DNA of 64,000 nt from Phoronis australis. Lineage: Eukaryota; Animalia; Phoronida. Each line of letters opens with the position of its first letter. The stretch's first letter is position 1. Shown here piece by piece: positions 35,166 to 48,900 of the stretch. Location of the stretch: positions 364,466 to 428,465 of the forward strand of contig NMRA01000191.1 in the NCBI GenBank assembly GCA_002633005.1. Reading direction: 5' to 3'. A model generated the notes under the pieces. The model was not told where the DNA came from. It searched no databases and saw nothing but the letters and a program-made list of their open reading frames with translations. The position numbers and the translations under genes were made by a program.

Positions 35166-36599
35166 TAGTGTCCAAACAAAAAACTGGTTTTGTTTGGAAA
35201 GTGGGTTTACTATTGCTTTAAATTTTTACCAACACAAGCCGGTTAAACTTTTGTTTTTGCAAGTAAAAAACTGATTTGACACTGTCCAGCTCATCAAACA
35301 ACATTGATGTCGGTTGTATGGGAGTTCACGTTACACTTGAAGGTGAGGGGGTTGATGAAAAGAGGACTATTAATGACAGGAGAGGGGAGTTAGGGGTTAG
35401 ACTTGTGGTGACATCATGTGATATATTAAAATATCTCCATCATAGTAAGTATCGTTGAGACATGTTTGGTGCTGACAATGTCCAACCACCATAAAACATT
35501 CGAACACCTGAACTGTTTGTATTGCTAAAAACGAAATAATGACAGTTTACGGTAATAGTTGAAATTTTGTACTTTATTTCATTGCTGAGCACAACAATGG
35601 CAAATGCAACTGACAATTATAGAGATCAGTTCGTCATTATAATCATATAAAGACGGAATATCCAATGAACTGCCAGCTCCTCCAAAACATGAGGATTGGC
35701 TGCGACGACGTAATTAGAGGCTGGACCTGGAATACATTATGATGATGATGGTGGTAAAAAGTGTCAAATTTAGGTTGGAGTAATATGTGAACAATAGCTA
35801 AATATAGGAGTGCAAACTGACTTTCTCAAGTCGGATTCACATTTTCCCATTGATGCTGCACACAGTGAATAAAACAAGTTGTAAACGAAATTTTTATTTT
35901 CACGTTTTACATCCCAATGATTACATATCGTCCATGTACGCTAGCTTGGTACACAACACAAACATCTTACTAAGCAAGTTGGCTTTACATTGCTTAAATT
36001 CTACTACCAAACATAAGGAGGCCAGAGCCTTGACATTTTCAAATTTCCGAAATTATTCGTTCCTGTGCTAAATAATTTAAGGTTTTCTGGGTTTTACTGA
36101 ACAACGCCAATATGATTGTACGAATCATTCAACCCAGCTCAAACAATAATACCGTTACTACTCCCAACTATGTATTTCCTTAAGCCACATGTCAAAGAAT
36201 ATCTCGTTCACGTCAAGTTTTCAGTGGCACGAATAATCAGCGCACAGGAAATTCTTAACAAGACTTCGCCACTTCTGTTATGCGTCAAGTCGAGGCAATG
36301 AATCCACCCTGATATTGTACCACCAACATCTACGCCAGCAAAGCTCACTTCAACGTCGCTGACTGGTTCCAATTCCACTGCAATATACAAAAGTGGATAT
36401 TTTAACACATGGTTACTTCCTGACTAGTAAAAATACCTGCAATTAATTCTTTGCTATCACTCAGCACTTTCAAGACAAACATATTTGGTCTCAAGGCAGA
36501 GTAATTCAAGAATTTATACAGTTGCACAAAGTAAAAACAAAGCCTCAAGTTGAAGCGCTTTCCATCGCAAAAACAGCTCTCGATTTAAAACACCAAGTT

Positions 36600-36722
36600 T
36601 ATGAAGTTGGTCTCAAATTCTTAATAAGTTGGACGTGACATCACGGCTTCAAAAGAACTGACAGTTCATTATTACTCGAGACAAGGATCTACAAATTGAC
36701 TTGTCACGGTGTGTCATTTTAT
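36600..36722 (+). repeat. Ancient interspersed repeat copy in the Mask 3'UTR region
   Basis: TATGAAGTTGGTCTCAAATT...GAACTGACAGTTCATTATT...ACAAATTGACTTGTCACGGTGTGTCATTT. Confidence 0.6.
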
Positions 36723-36927
36723 GCATTGAGGAATAATGAACTATCACAAAACTCGAACAAATCACTTCTCAGGTTACCAAAAGAAGACATCAAGACGAAT
36801 TTCCTAGCAGTAAGTGGTCTAAATCAGATGCTAGCTTCTCAGACAGAACACAGATTTACAAGTGTTGCACTACACAACCTACAGCTGGCTACAAATATGA
36901 GTAACTGAGGAAACGCACAGCTGGTAA

Positions 36928-39900
36928 TTACATCCACCTAGTCTGCAGGTTTGCGTCCACATGACTGGTGCTGGGGCAAGTTACCCTAGAACAAGACGTC
37001 CTACCTCGGATAAGGTGGGGGTAAACTGTCCCAGCATCCTCCAGGGGTAACTTGCTCTGGAGTAACTCGCAGTGTGGACGGCACTTAAGGGAAGAGGGTA
37101 GTTTATGGACAGAAAGAGGAGGGTGAGAACAGAGAAAGGGTGGAAGATAAAGAGAAGGGAAAATGAGAATAAGCACGAAAAATCACTATAACCACTTGGG
37201 ACACTCAAATCCAAAATCATCTATCAGACTCTTTGTCATCACATTTCAAGCATGATTTGATGATTCTTCAAGGTTTTAGTAGACATACCTTCTTAGGGTC
37301 ATCTGATGCAGACACCTGTGGACTCCACATACTGTCTCCGCTCATCCCACCCATCAAACTACTCGGTCCATTGCTGAAACCTTGGTAACTGAGCCCACCG
37401 CCCTGCAAGATTATGAAAACGGAAACATTTGAAAAAACAGGCGAGTCTTCCTGCAACACCTCACAAAAGAGACCTTAAACATAAGTGATTGAATTATATT
37501 CACTTAAAGCATGTGTAGTGCATAAGAGTTTACCAGCAACAGGCAAATAGACTGATTAAATTATACACCTTTGAAATGCAATATTTAGCTAATAATGCAA
37601 TAAGTTAACAATAATAATAGAATAGATGGCGTAAAAACTGATGAAGTTAATGTTGGGACAGCTACATTGATAACTATTTGCCAAATACCTGGTATATGTT
37701 ATCCACGTTTGAGCCGTCGTGATTCTCCAGAAACGTGGGCCCCATCAGTGTCCGACTAGACGGCCTGTCTTCAGGCGTGTGGGTGCGAGGTGGAGGAGTT
37801 ACGGACGACATGATGGACGAGGCCACAGATGACCCACTCCACTCAGTGCTGCCCTCTGTAGAACCAGAGAAATCAATTAATTTAACAACTAGAAGTACAA
37901 ACTAAAAGCAAATCTTGAAGAGAGCAGAATGCTGACTCAATAAATGTGCATGAAATATCCTGCGTTTGCTTTACAATTTATGCACATGCAACATGCCTTA
38001 TCGAGTAAAAATAAAATCTGATGATAGTTTAAAGTATTCTAGGGGTCAGTTAGGCTCCTTCACTTCACGTGGCAGATACAGAAACACTTACTTAATAAGG
38101 CATTTATCCTGGGAATCGCGGTTTTAAGACCAACTTTTTATTACATTATTGGAAAACAGGTGCAACATGCAATGCATTTTGCAAAACTCAGTGTGGAGCT
38201 TGATGTAATAAACTTAAGTCAGTGATGCCAAGAACAGTCATAACCACAAAAAGGTCATTCATACCTGCATTGAAAGACCATATGCCGAGATCCCCCATGC
38301 CTGGCACTGCTGGCTTTTTTATCGTCCTCTCAGTACCTATAGGTCGAGGGAAAAGGCGCTCCTCCAGGGCAGAGTAGCAAGACTGATCTGTGGGGGATGG
38401 GGTCTTTGTGCTGGGTGCGGGTGATGCTGCAGGTAGTCCCGAGATCCTTGGTGAGACATTGTCTGGTTTGTGATTAGAGCCAGGAAGAGACGAGAGAACT
38501 GTGGCCCCAGGAGGCACAGGTGAGACTCCCGGCCGAGGCACCAGCTGTGTAGCTTGACTATGGTAGAGACCACTACCGACGGGAAACCCTTCCGAGCTGG
38601 GCAACTGAGATCTCAGCGGGAACCCAGGAATGCCTGGCTGAGGGGGAAACCTTGGTCGACCAATCAAACCTGGTTGGGCAGGTGAGAACGCCGATGGCTG
38701 ACCTTGATTTGGTATGCCGCCGAACTGAGCAGGGTTGGGGAAGCGTGACTGGTTCATCGGGTGCGCGCTGCCGAATTGGAACCCACTACTCCGTGACATA
38801 AAGTCAGGTGCGTTGGGATTTAGTGTACTCTCAATGGTTGGTAACGTCATTGGCTGGTCGGCTTTGGTGTACTCATCGCGGGTCAGAGACATTCCCCGCG
38901 GAGAAATATGACTAGGGGTGGAGGTGGATGATCGTGGCGACGAGTTGGTTACAAACACAGGACTGGTCATGCTGCTGCCAGCTGTACCGGGCATGGAGTT
39001 CATCGAGACCAGCTGCTGTTGCTGTTCATACTCTTGGCCTGCTGATATGCGGAGAGGTCCCTTGGCACCAGGCGCTCGGGCCCAGCCATCCTCCATGGGA
39101 TGTGAGCTGGACAGTTGACCATTCAGAGGGAAGCCGGGTACACGGCTACCATCAGCGTTTGATGTATTGGTGTTGGGCGCCATGTTGGAAGCAGAACCGA
39201 CCACAGAGGGAGGAGCGGCATAATTCAATCGGCTGTCATCTTCTATCTTGCCAGGGAACACTGGGGGTATGCCCCTCCGCATGAAGGGAGAATATTCTAA
39301 GCTTGAAGAGACCGGGTTTTGGAAAGGCATGGGAATCAGAGGATTGGACAAAGATTTATCTTGTGTAACGGGCGCTCGACCACCTGGCGGCCCAATCGGT
39401 TGCGGGGGTAATGGCTTCTGCATACTGTTGGACATCGTTGCGAACACTGTGTTGGTGAGTAACTGTGTAGTTGACGCCGATGTCATGGAGACAGTTGGCT
39501 TGGCAACGGGTCCAAGACCGGGGCCCGCAGTCATGGGAAACAGCTGGCGAGAGACTTTAGTGGGGCTCTTTGATGGTGACACCGACGAAGTGAATGTGGC
39601 CGATTTTAGCGGCTGTTGTTGCAAAGGTGCTTGTGGCACGTTGCCCCATGCAGGCACAGTGGCCTGGCTCACAACAGGGGGTGACATTTTCGGATGAGCT
39701 ACGCTGTTGGCAGGTTCACTTGGACCGTTAGACATTGTTGCGGAAGTGGACGCAACAGTGGTGGTCGGCGGAACGAATGTGTCAATGGTCATGGTGCTCA
39801 GCGAGGGGGACTTTGGCTTGGTTTTCGGCATAATCTCGCCCAGATCTTTATCGGGATCCTTGATCAGGGCAGTGATCAGGTTACATGCCTGCCGTGTAGC

Positions 39901-42900
39901 GTCAGCAGAACCCCTATAAGGAAGCAGAGGAAGAGTCAAACAATGTATTCTAAGTTGCAGTTCAGATAATCTGTTTCTAAATATTTTAAGTTTCAGTAGA
40001 AACTGTCAAATGAAAAAGGTTTTTTCCGTGAAGAATAAACACCTTCTTTGCACTTTATTACTGACTGGAAAGTGTGAAAGGCTTGCTACAAAGACTTGTG
40101 TTAGACGAAAACACGTAATGTCTACCTTATCGTAATCGTTCTGTCGGTGGTTCCCTTCTGCTGTTTGTCGATTTCTATATGAGCTCCTGACACCTCTCGT
40201 ATGGCGTTGATATTACAGCCACTTCGGCCAATGACGCGACTGATGGCCGTCGCTGGAACTGTTACTTTCTTAGATCTGTCGGGACAGAACAGGTGTTTAG
40301 TTTTGATCACAAAAAGTACACTCAAAAGTACTTTTTTCTAATGACCAACCCCAAGCCTAATGAGAGACACAAGACTCGTTAGGTGGTGCTGCAGAAGGAA
40401 TGCTCCTCTTTTTAACAAATGAATAGACTGAGCAGAAAGCAGTTTATCAGCATGGGGCATCTATAGGCTAAGTGTCCCACGTGTCTACCTGAATGCAGGC
40501 ATTTATTTATATAGGTAAGACCGTTGTCACATGGCATCCCAGTAAAATCATAAGTCACCTACTAGCTTGCAAAATGAGTTTCCATGACTACATGATTATT
40601 TTCCTATTCCTCAGGTATTCCAGATTTTCCGTAGTGAATGCGAACCCCGTGATAGCCTTTCACAAGGACTGGTGGCATGAGAGCACCGTGCTGCCACATG
40701 GCTGTTTTAGAAGGCAACTCCACGTTGTAGTCATGGGAGGTTTTTTTTTGGTTCAGCAGAGCAAAATGAATAACGGATAGGGGAAATGTGAGTGAAAGAG
40801 GAGGCGCGGGCCCACAGTTTTTGGGGCAAATTTTCATTCTCACAAAACACACAGTCAAAACACTAGTTTCACGCATCACTACTTTCACCCTTGATCATCA
40901 GTCACATATCAACGACATGTAAGGAATTTAAGTCTTTTTAAGGAATGTGACAAACAGTGCTGACTGACTACCCAAGCTGAAGAAATATGAGTTGACCTAC
41001 TTTCTGACCACTTCTTTCCATCCCTCCTCTCTCTTCTGACCCTTCTTTGGACTGGGTGTGACCGCTGGTGATCTCAGGCTGGGGTTGTTACTGACCGCCG
41101 ACTTGACCGGGGTGAGTTTTAGAGGCGAGTCGAATGTATCCCTAGATATGAACAAACAAAACCAGTAAGACATTGACACCCAACAGATGTAAAAACTACA
41201 AATTATATCAATACTGCTAGTCAAATAACAACATGCAAACAGAAACTATTGCACCAAAGGCCAATCTATATGTCAAAGTTATTGAATAGCTTAGAGAAAG
41301 GGCACATAATTAGCAACAGTCATTCAAGCAACTACAGAAGTTTCACATAAGGTAGTGACAACCTATTGGAACTTAACTGTGCTGGATGGCAATTTGATGT
41401 TTTTTGTCGGACAAGAAAAACTAGTCTAACATAAAACACAGGTACAAGTTAACCAACTTAAACTTACAGCGAGCTGACACGACTGGACATCTTTTCATTC
41501 TTCGACTTTTCCTTCTTCGTTGGGAAGAGTGGCAAGTCTGGAATGTTTGGCGGAATGCCAAAATCATCCAAGTCTCCGATTCCTGAAAATTACCCACATT
41601 TTTTAATAATAGGCAACGTACAATACTTCATAAGTGTGGTTCTCAGGAAATGGTAAAATATTTAAACTGCCAATATACTTGAGTAAAGATCAAACACGTT
41701 CTTCTTAACTGAACTATGGATGGATAAAGTTTAACCACCATTCTCAATAACCGGAATAAAAATGAAAATGAATATTTTGGCTGAACTTCAGACATCATCA
41801 CTTAGAAAGCATTCATCAGCCACCAGTCTATGGCAATATCACGTCCATATCATTCCCTGCCTACAACAACACATCTAACAAAACTTTTGCGACGTTTAAT
41901 AGCCTACCCGTGGTGCTGATATTCTTATTGGTGTTCTTGACAGTGGCAGCCTTCTTCCTGTTCTCTTTGTTGGCCTTGTTTGAGGACGACTTGGTAGTGG
42001 TGGTGGTGGTGCTGTTACTGTTGCCAAAGCTTGATGTAGTTGTGGTGGTGACAGTTTTAGTGCTAGACACTATGACTGTATGATTCCCACTACTGTTAGG
42101 ACTACTGCTGGTGGTGGTGGTGGTGGCTGTGCCGATCATGGTGTAGGGGGAGGAGGATGGTGGGGCGGAGAGGGGGATCTCGGCAGGTGCGCGCTCTTTT
42201 TGCCGCTTATTCTTTTTGTTTCTGCTCTTCGTCTCACGACTGCTGGCGTTCTCATTCTCTCCGTTCTTTCTGTTATTCAGGTTCTTGTTTTCATTTTGCA
42301 GAGGCTCTGGAAATAAGAACAAAAGACGTGAACAAGTCTGCAAGGGCGGGCATGGACCAGCAGGTGGTAGAATGAGAAAGTATGAAAACAGATCTGTGAA
42401 AAAGCAAACGGAACAAAAAATAATACAAATGAACATGAACCCGTTTCCATGCTTTCAACGACTGTATTAACGAGGCCACTTTCAGATAGGAAAAAAATTC
42501 CCTAGCAAATAAGCAGTCACAAAGTTATAAATTTTTGGACTATTAACTGAAAAAGTGCAAAGCAATAACTTTTCTTCCTTCATAGATTTCAGTTTGTGTT
42601 CAGATTGATGGTATCAACTCACCTTCAGCTTGCACAGAAATGACAGTAGAACTCTTGTCATCCTCGACAGGTATTATGTCTGTCTGTTCCACTAGATCCA
42701 CCTCGTCCACTTTGATGTCACCAATATCATTCTCATCAGGCTCAGGGGACGAGTTCTTACTGTAAAAACAAAGTTGACAAGTGTCGTCACACTCTAGTTA
42801 ATGTGGACGCGGACTGACACGGACATTGATGAACCACCGTTGCAAGTAACAACCTGAATGACGGACTTTCATTTACCTTTAGCTTGTGTCACATTACCGC

Positions 42901-45900
42901 AGGCACACTACTATTCCTGTAGGTTCACTCATGTCCCAAGGCCATGTTTGACACAGTAAACAAAATTGCCACGGGCAATAAAACAACAACAGATTAACAA
43001 GCTTTCCATTATCCAGGGATCCCTCTACAGTGCTCTTTATTTGAATAGAGCACATTAACGGAGTTGTATTCTGCATTTTATGCAGATTCTCATTCACTTG
43101 CTAGCATCCATCCACAACTAAGATCGAACTCAGATGAGTATGTGTCATATTTGTACAATGCTAAAGTGTCAGCTAGTAATGTCAGGATTTCAAACTGGGT
43201 CTCCCAAATAGAAGTCTGGAGGACAAACCACAGATCTACACAACGATCAGAGGGTCAGCTTCTACTTGAACTGGTGAACATGAGAATGATTTAGGATGCT
43301 CATAACACAAACTTGTTGATCAACTATGGACCAATATTTACAACAGTTTGCTATTGCAGACAGGGGCCATTTTAGTACGTGAATAGATAGAAAACATAAA
43401 GATATTCACCATAATTTGTGGAATGAAGGTACCTGGAGTAGTGTTTTAAACAACAGAAAATAAACTTAACAAGAACAACAAAATCCATGTACATGTTTTG
43501 AAGAGTCCACATTTATGGTGCTCCTCTTTAAAGCCATGGAATTGGTTGATTGAATTGGTGCCAAAAAAAAAACAGACAAAGATGATGGCACTATGCACCC
43601 ACATATAAATATGTGGGCGCTTAATACTTATGAAATGACTAATCTCTCTAAAGTTTAAACTTGGTGCATAGGTTGCCAAACTCAAGACTTTTCCACGTGG
43701 CTAACTGACTGCAAACATTAAGGACACAGCTAGGACCACTGCTCCACCAGTAAATCTAAATCCCCTCACTATGTGAGCACCCCCCCTAGTAACTGCTCCA
43801 CGTACCTGGCTTCCTTTTCTCGTTCCTGCTTCTCTTTCTTCTTCTGCCGTTTCTTCTCACGTTTCCTGGCGGCAGCCGCCCGCTTACTCTCCTCCTGTGT
43901 CCGCTCGCGCTCCAGCTGCTCCAGTAGGAACGAGGCGTTCTTGTTGGCCTCTGCTGCCTGACGGTCTTTGGCGTGCACAATGATGTCCATGCATTGGTGA
44001 CATTTCTTAAGGATCTCCTGTTGAAGGAAGAAATTAGAAGTGTATTAAGAAGGTTGAAGACACCGAGGTATCCTATGGTAAACTGTTACAATTTTAGACA
44101 CCACATGGACACATGAAATTTTATTTTCTCATACCAAAATGAGGCTTTGCATTTCTAAGTTCTGTAATTCTTTGAAAAACTGGGGGCATTCACAACAATG
44201 CTTGAAGCCCTTGAAAAGTGAACAAAAAATGTAATTTTGACAAATATTTTTGGTCCCAAATTGGTGAGATTTTATCCTATCACACTTTTTCACACCCAGC
44301 TTAATGTCCTGCCCAGAGTTTGCACAAATTCACTACTGGACAACCCCACATTACGCCTAATGACCACCTCCCAATTTGTGTTTGTACTTGATAGGTTCAA
44401 GTCTGAAAAAACACTTTTGGCATTACCGTTGAATGGGATGCACTCCTAGAAGTTGATAGCTTTGGCCAGAGTGACGAAGAGTCAAAAATTTTGCTGTTGT
44501 CGGCGAGACAATTGCTGAACCAAGGATGGTAATTAAATATACTTAAAATACCCAGCCAATTATCAAGTGAGGTTTGGGTCACCATTAGAGAATTAGAGGG
44601 AGGCAACTGGTTAGATTCCACACTGAGTCTGATTTCAAAAGATCACCCCCTTTCTCGTCAGTAATGTCATTTCAACCTGAACAAGTACACGATGAGGCAC
44701 TGAAAGACCACATGACACATGCACTAAAGTGTATAAAACTCCCATGATAATATTCATGTATTGACTGGCAATTCCAGGGTCTCCAGTAAACTGCAGATTG
44801 TAGCCTGTTACACAAATATCTAATGTTTAAAAAACAGAATATGAGTGCTTGCCTTGCTCAACACATGACCATATACATGATGTACACAACACAAGTGTTC
44901 TGTTACACCGCAGTAATACTGAGCAAACATGTACAACCCACATGAAAGCTACGTAGGTTGCATGCATGGAACTGGAAAATAGACCTGGAAAATGGTGGGA
45001 ATCATGGCACTGTGGATGTTATACTTATTGAGCGATCTTAACAATTGAAAAAAGGTTTTATTATTGACTCTGTAAAATTCCTAGTAAACAAGCCATGGAC
45101 TTCAGTCCTTAACATTTGACTGTCACAGACACCAACGATGTGCAATATCAATTAAAGCCAGGAAGTTCATAGAGTTACTTGGCTATCATGACTAACAGCA
45201 TATGCCATGAATAAAAATCGCATGACTGCGGGTTTTACTTAAAAGCAAAAGACCTCCACAACTGTGGTGTGGTTACTGCAAGTTCTACAAGAAAAACTGT
45301 ATACACAGCGATAACAAGGCACTGGAATTGTGATCAATAAAATCCGTGATAAACAATAAAGGCTTGGAAAATAGCATACATGTCTCTGATAAACATCACT
45401 CAGCAATATGGAATGTGCACAAACGTCCAGAAGAGTTGTCAGATACTGACTGACAGTGTATTGACCTAGTGAAGTGCTGCTTAGGACTGTGTAACAAGTT
45501 GAACTGGAACTCAGCACAAGGTCATGTATCTAATGGGGATTTTTGTTGACTGAATGTGACATCTGTGGAATGCCAAGAATTAATTTAATTTGAAGACTGC
45601 AGCAGCAGATTGATAAAACTTGCCACCACACCAAATTTACAATCAGGACATACCAGATTATCAGGTTACAACAGGAAAGAAGTCATTTGAAATGGGCAAA
45701 ACCAAAAATATACAGCTATTTTTTCATGGCTAAACAACAGTCTCTCAAGTAAGAGAATAACAAGTAAAAAACACTTAGCCTAATTTACTAAAACAGTTCA
45801 TCACTTTTGACAATGATTTATGGCAACAGGTCTAGACATGTATTTTTAACATAACCAGTCCCTCATATGCAGGCTTATCAGACAGTCATTGGTAAACACT

Positions 45901-48900
45901 AACATCAAATACTGAAATACTAAGTGAAAACAGGGATCAAAGTGATACAAACTATTAATTAGTCAACCCAAAACCATAACTACAATTCCAAACATAGACA
46001 AAGAAGCCAGCTTAACTGAGCAAACTCCTAAAGCCAAAATGTAACAGTTCCTCAAACATAATCTTATCAGACTGTAATCACGGAAAACCCCAACATCAAA
46101 TACAGTTTATACATATGACAAACCCATAGTCATGATGTTTGTCATACATGACAACACACCGAAATATTCACCACTCGAGGCAATATTCACTTCCAGTCAA
46201 CAAACTCATCTCTATTTAAATAATACTACAGCCCACTATACACAGGAAAGGTCAACAGAAAAACCACCTTTATCTACTAGATTTTCATTTTTATTTCTAC
46301 TATAATTGCCATAAATTGCTCTATCTACAATAGTAATGCCCAAGCTAAAACTAGAAGCATATCAAATAACAACCACATAGATATTGATTTTCAACTGCTA
46401 GCTCAGAGCATCGGCCATTCCTTTGACCCACACTAAGGGAATGTAAGCTTCCTACTCCCAACATCAGTCAGCATGCCAATAACTGAGTCACTTACTTTCT
46501 CGGTAGAGCTCCTGCGCATCTGAGCGAAAATCTCCTTGACTTTGCGGCAAATCATGTTGGCTAACCACCAGTTAATAAACATTTACTGTCTAAATCATCA
46601 CACACACAAGACACTCTACCAGCTACACACTACACTACACTGTACACTGGCTGTGGCAGTTTCCCTCCCTTTATGCTGACAGGTTTGTTGATACTGTGAG
46701 TTCCAGTCAACACAATGGGGTCATGTGACCTCAGCTACAACTGGATCCATATCTGTCCAATGGGAAGGATAATTTGAGCTTGATAACACTGTGGTTCTAT
46801 TGTTAAGGTCAGTGTGAACAACTTCTGGCAGCCATTCAATAGGTGATAATGAGAGACAAACTTCCCAGTTCAAGTTAGTCATTGGTGGTTGCTCATACCA
46901 CTGCTGTGACCTGGTTCTGACAACAAAAACTGTGGGGATTTCACTGTGGGTAGATTGTTGATAAGAGAGATTAAATTGGAAGCAGGCTGTGGCTAACTGA
47001 CAAAAAGGTATGAAACTGAAATACAGGAACTAACCATGCAAGATAATTTGACACAATTCAGGGGCAAGTGACTGTAAGAGGGTATTTTAAAGACTTTTCA
47101 TCCTTTCAAGGTTTGATTTTGCACAGCTGGCAAATTGTCTTTTTAGGTTTTTGTATGATCTTAGCATGCATCACATACTAATTAACGTTGCTTCAGCAAA
47201 GAAACATGTCATAACAAATCCCATGACATGTGCCTTTTTACACAACTTAATATACTTGGCTAAGTTTCCCAACTGTTCATGTATTACATGGCCTAGCATC
47301 ATAACCTGTTAGTGATGGACATTGCCTCTTGAACTAACACATTAAAAGCAGAACACTTCATGCTGTTTTCAACCAACCCACATATTTATGCATGTTTTGA
47401 GTTCCTTATCACCATCCAAAAGGTTGTACTAAGAATATTGTGCCAATGAACTTCTAAAGCAGCCACAAACCTTATTTCCATCACAAAAAAACATCACATT
47501 TAGATCATTTACCATTATGAAATTGGCCTCGAATTTTTCCTAAAGTACACTCACTATTCGATGCTGCCTTCGCCCTACATTTGCAAACACTAGACCCACT
47601 TTCCTAAACTTCTTTGGTCGTTTTAAATTTCATGGAGTCTGTGAAAACTTTTCAATAAGCATTACATTAGCACAGAAATTACAACAGAAAATTATGCAAA
47701 TCAGTCGATATTTTTACAGCAAGATAACCAAGAAATGAAACTGGTGATAATATTTAATCAGTTGTATTTCTTACATCAAGGGTGAAACAAACATAAACAC
47801 GATTTTTACCTTCTTTAGCTTAACTGATACAAAAAAAACAGCCTCGGGGTTCAGGTGAACACTTGAAAATATGATTTTTAGGCTTGAAAGGAACTGATAG
47901 TTCATTATTGCGTGAGAACAGGTTCAACAAGTTGGCTTGTCAAGGCAGGTCATCTTGGGTACCAATCATGGTCTCCAAGCAGTAATGAACACTCATTTCT
48001 CCAAAAAGCAACTCTCAACCGAAGGAGGTACAAACTGTGACCAATTGCGTAATGATAAAAATGTTTTTGACGTAACGTGGTTGATGGACAGAGTGTTCAT
48101 AGTCCGACTTAAAAAAGCAAATGAACACGCAGTTGAAACCAGTAGGAAACAGACAGCCAAATATGAAACCTAACATGGCTACCAAATACAAAAAAAAATA
48201 GCCAGCAACTGAAAAATACTGACGACACCCGATAACAAAGTGACCATCAAAGACCATATGTGAATAGTAGACAACTTGAGAAATTATAAACAGAAACTGT
48301 TACTTTGTTGACAGGTACTATTCATAAATTTTCACACACAAGAAATTCTTTACAAATCATTAATCTTGCTGAGGTTAACAAGTGAGTCTATTTTTAAGTT
48401 TATGGGTCACAGAACAGATTGTCATGTGACAGGCTGATAAGTGTTGAGGTGAGCCAACACCCAGTGCAAAGATTTCAGGACTAAGGAGAGTGTATACATT
48501 TCCAGGCACAATTTCTAAACACTCTACTGGTTGTTTGCATTTCAAGCATGAAAAATTCATTATTAGGCTTTCCTTTTCTTGCAAAAGAGATAAACTTCAA
48601 ACACTGCGAGTCATGCATGGAGAATCAAAAACAAGACAGTGATTCTTATTCTGGACATGCTGTAATATTGTGCAAACTACAAAAACCTACGATATTCTAT
48701 GACAATCCTGTAAAGAACTTGGTTGATATTCAGATAGGGAAAAAAAAATGCATCTATGGGGCACAATTGAACAGTAGTCAACTTTGTCCGCAAATTAATG
48801 TCACCCTAGAACCACATCAGTCAAATTTCATGACTATCCTTCAGTGAATTTGGTAAAAAATAAAAATGCCACTAGGAGGACTGGAAGTACTCGGATACGT

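Noticed and set aside
31590-36927. Downstream EIF4EBP gene (as in the vertebrate ANKHD1-EIF4EBP3 readthrough) or another hidden coding gene
   Set aside because: No 4E-BP-like peptide (YxxxxL-phi, FEMDI) or coherent exon chain was seen; isolated acceptor-like sites lead to stop-filled frames.
38918-39969. Plus-strand ORFs of 66-149 aa (also at 42080-42470, 53583-54450 and others)
   Set aside because: Antisense shadows of GC-rich Mask coding exons.
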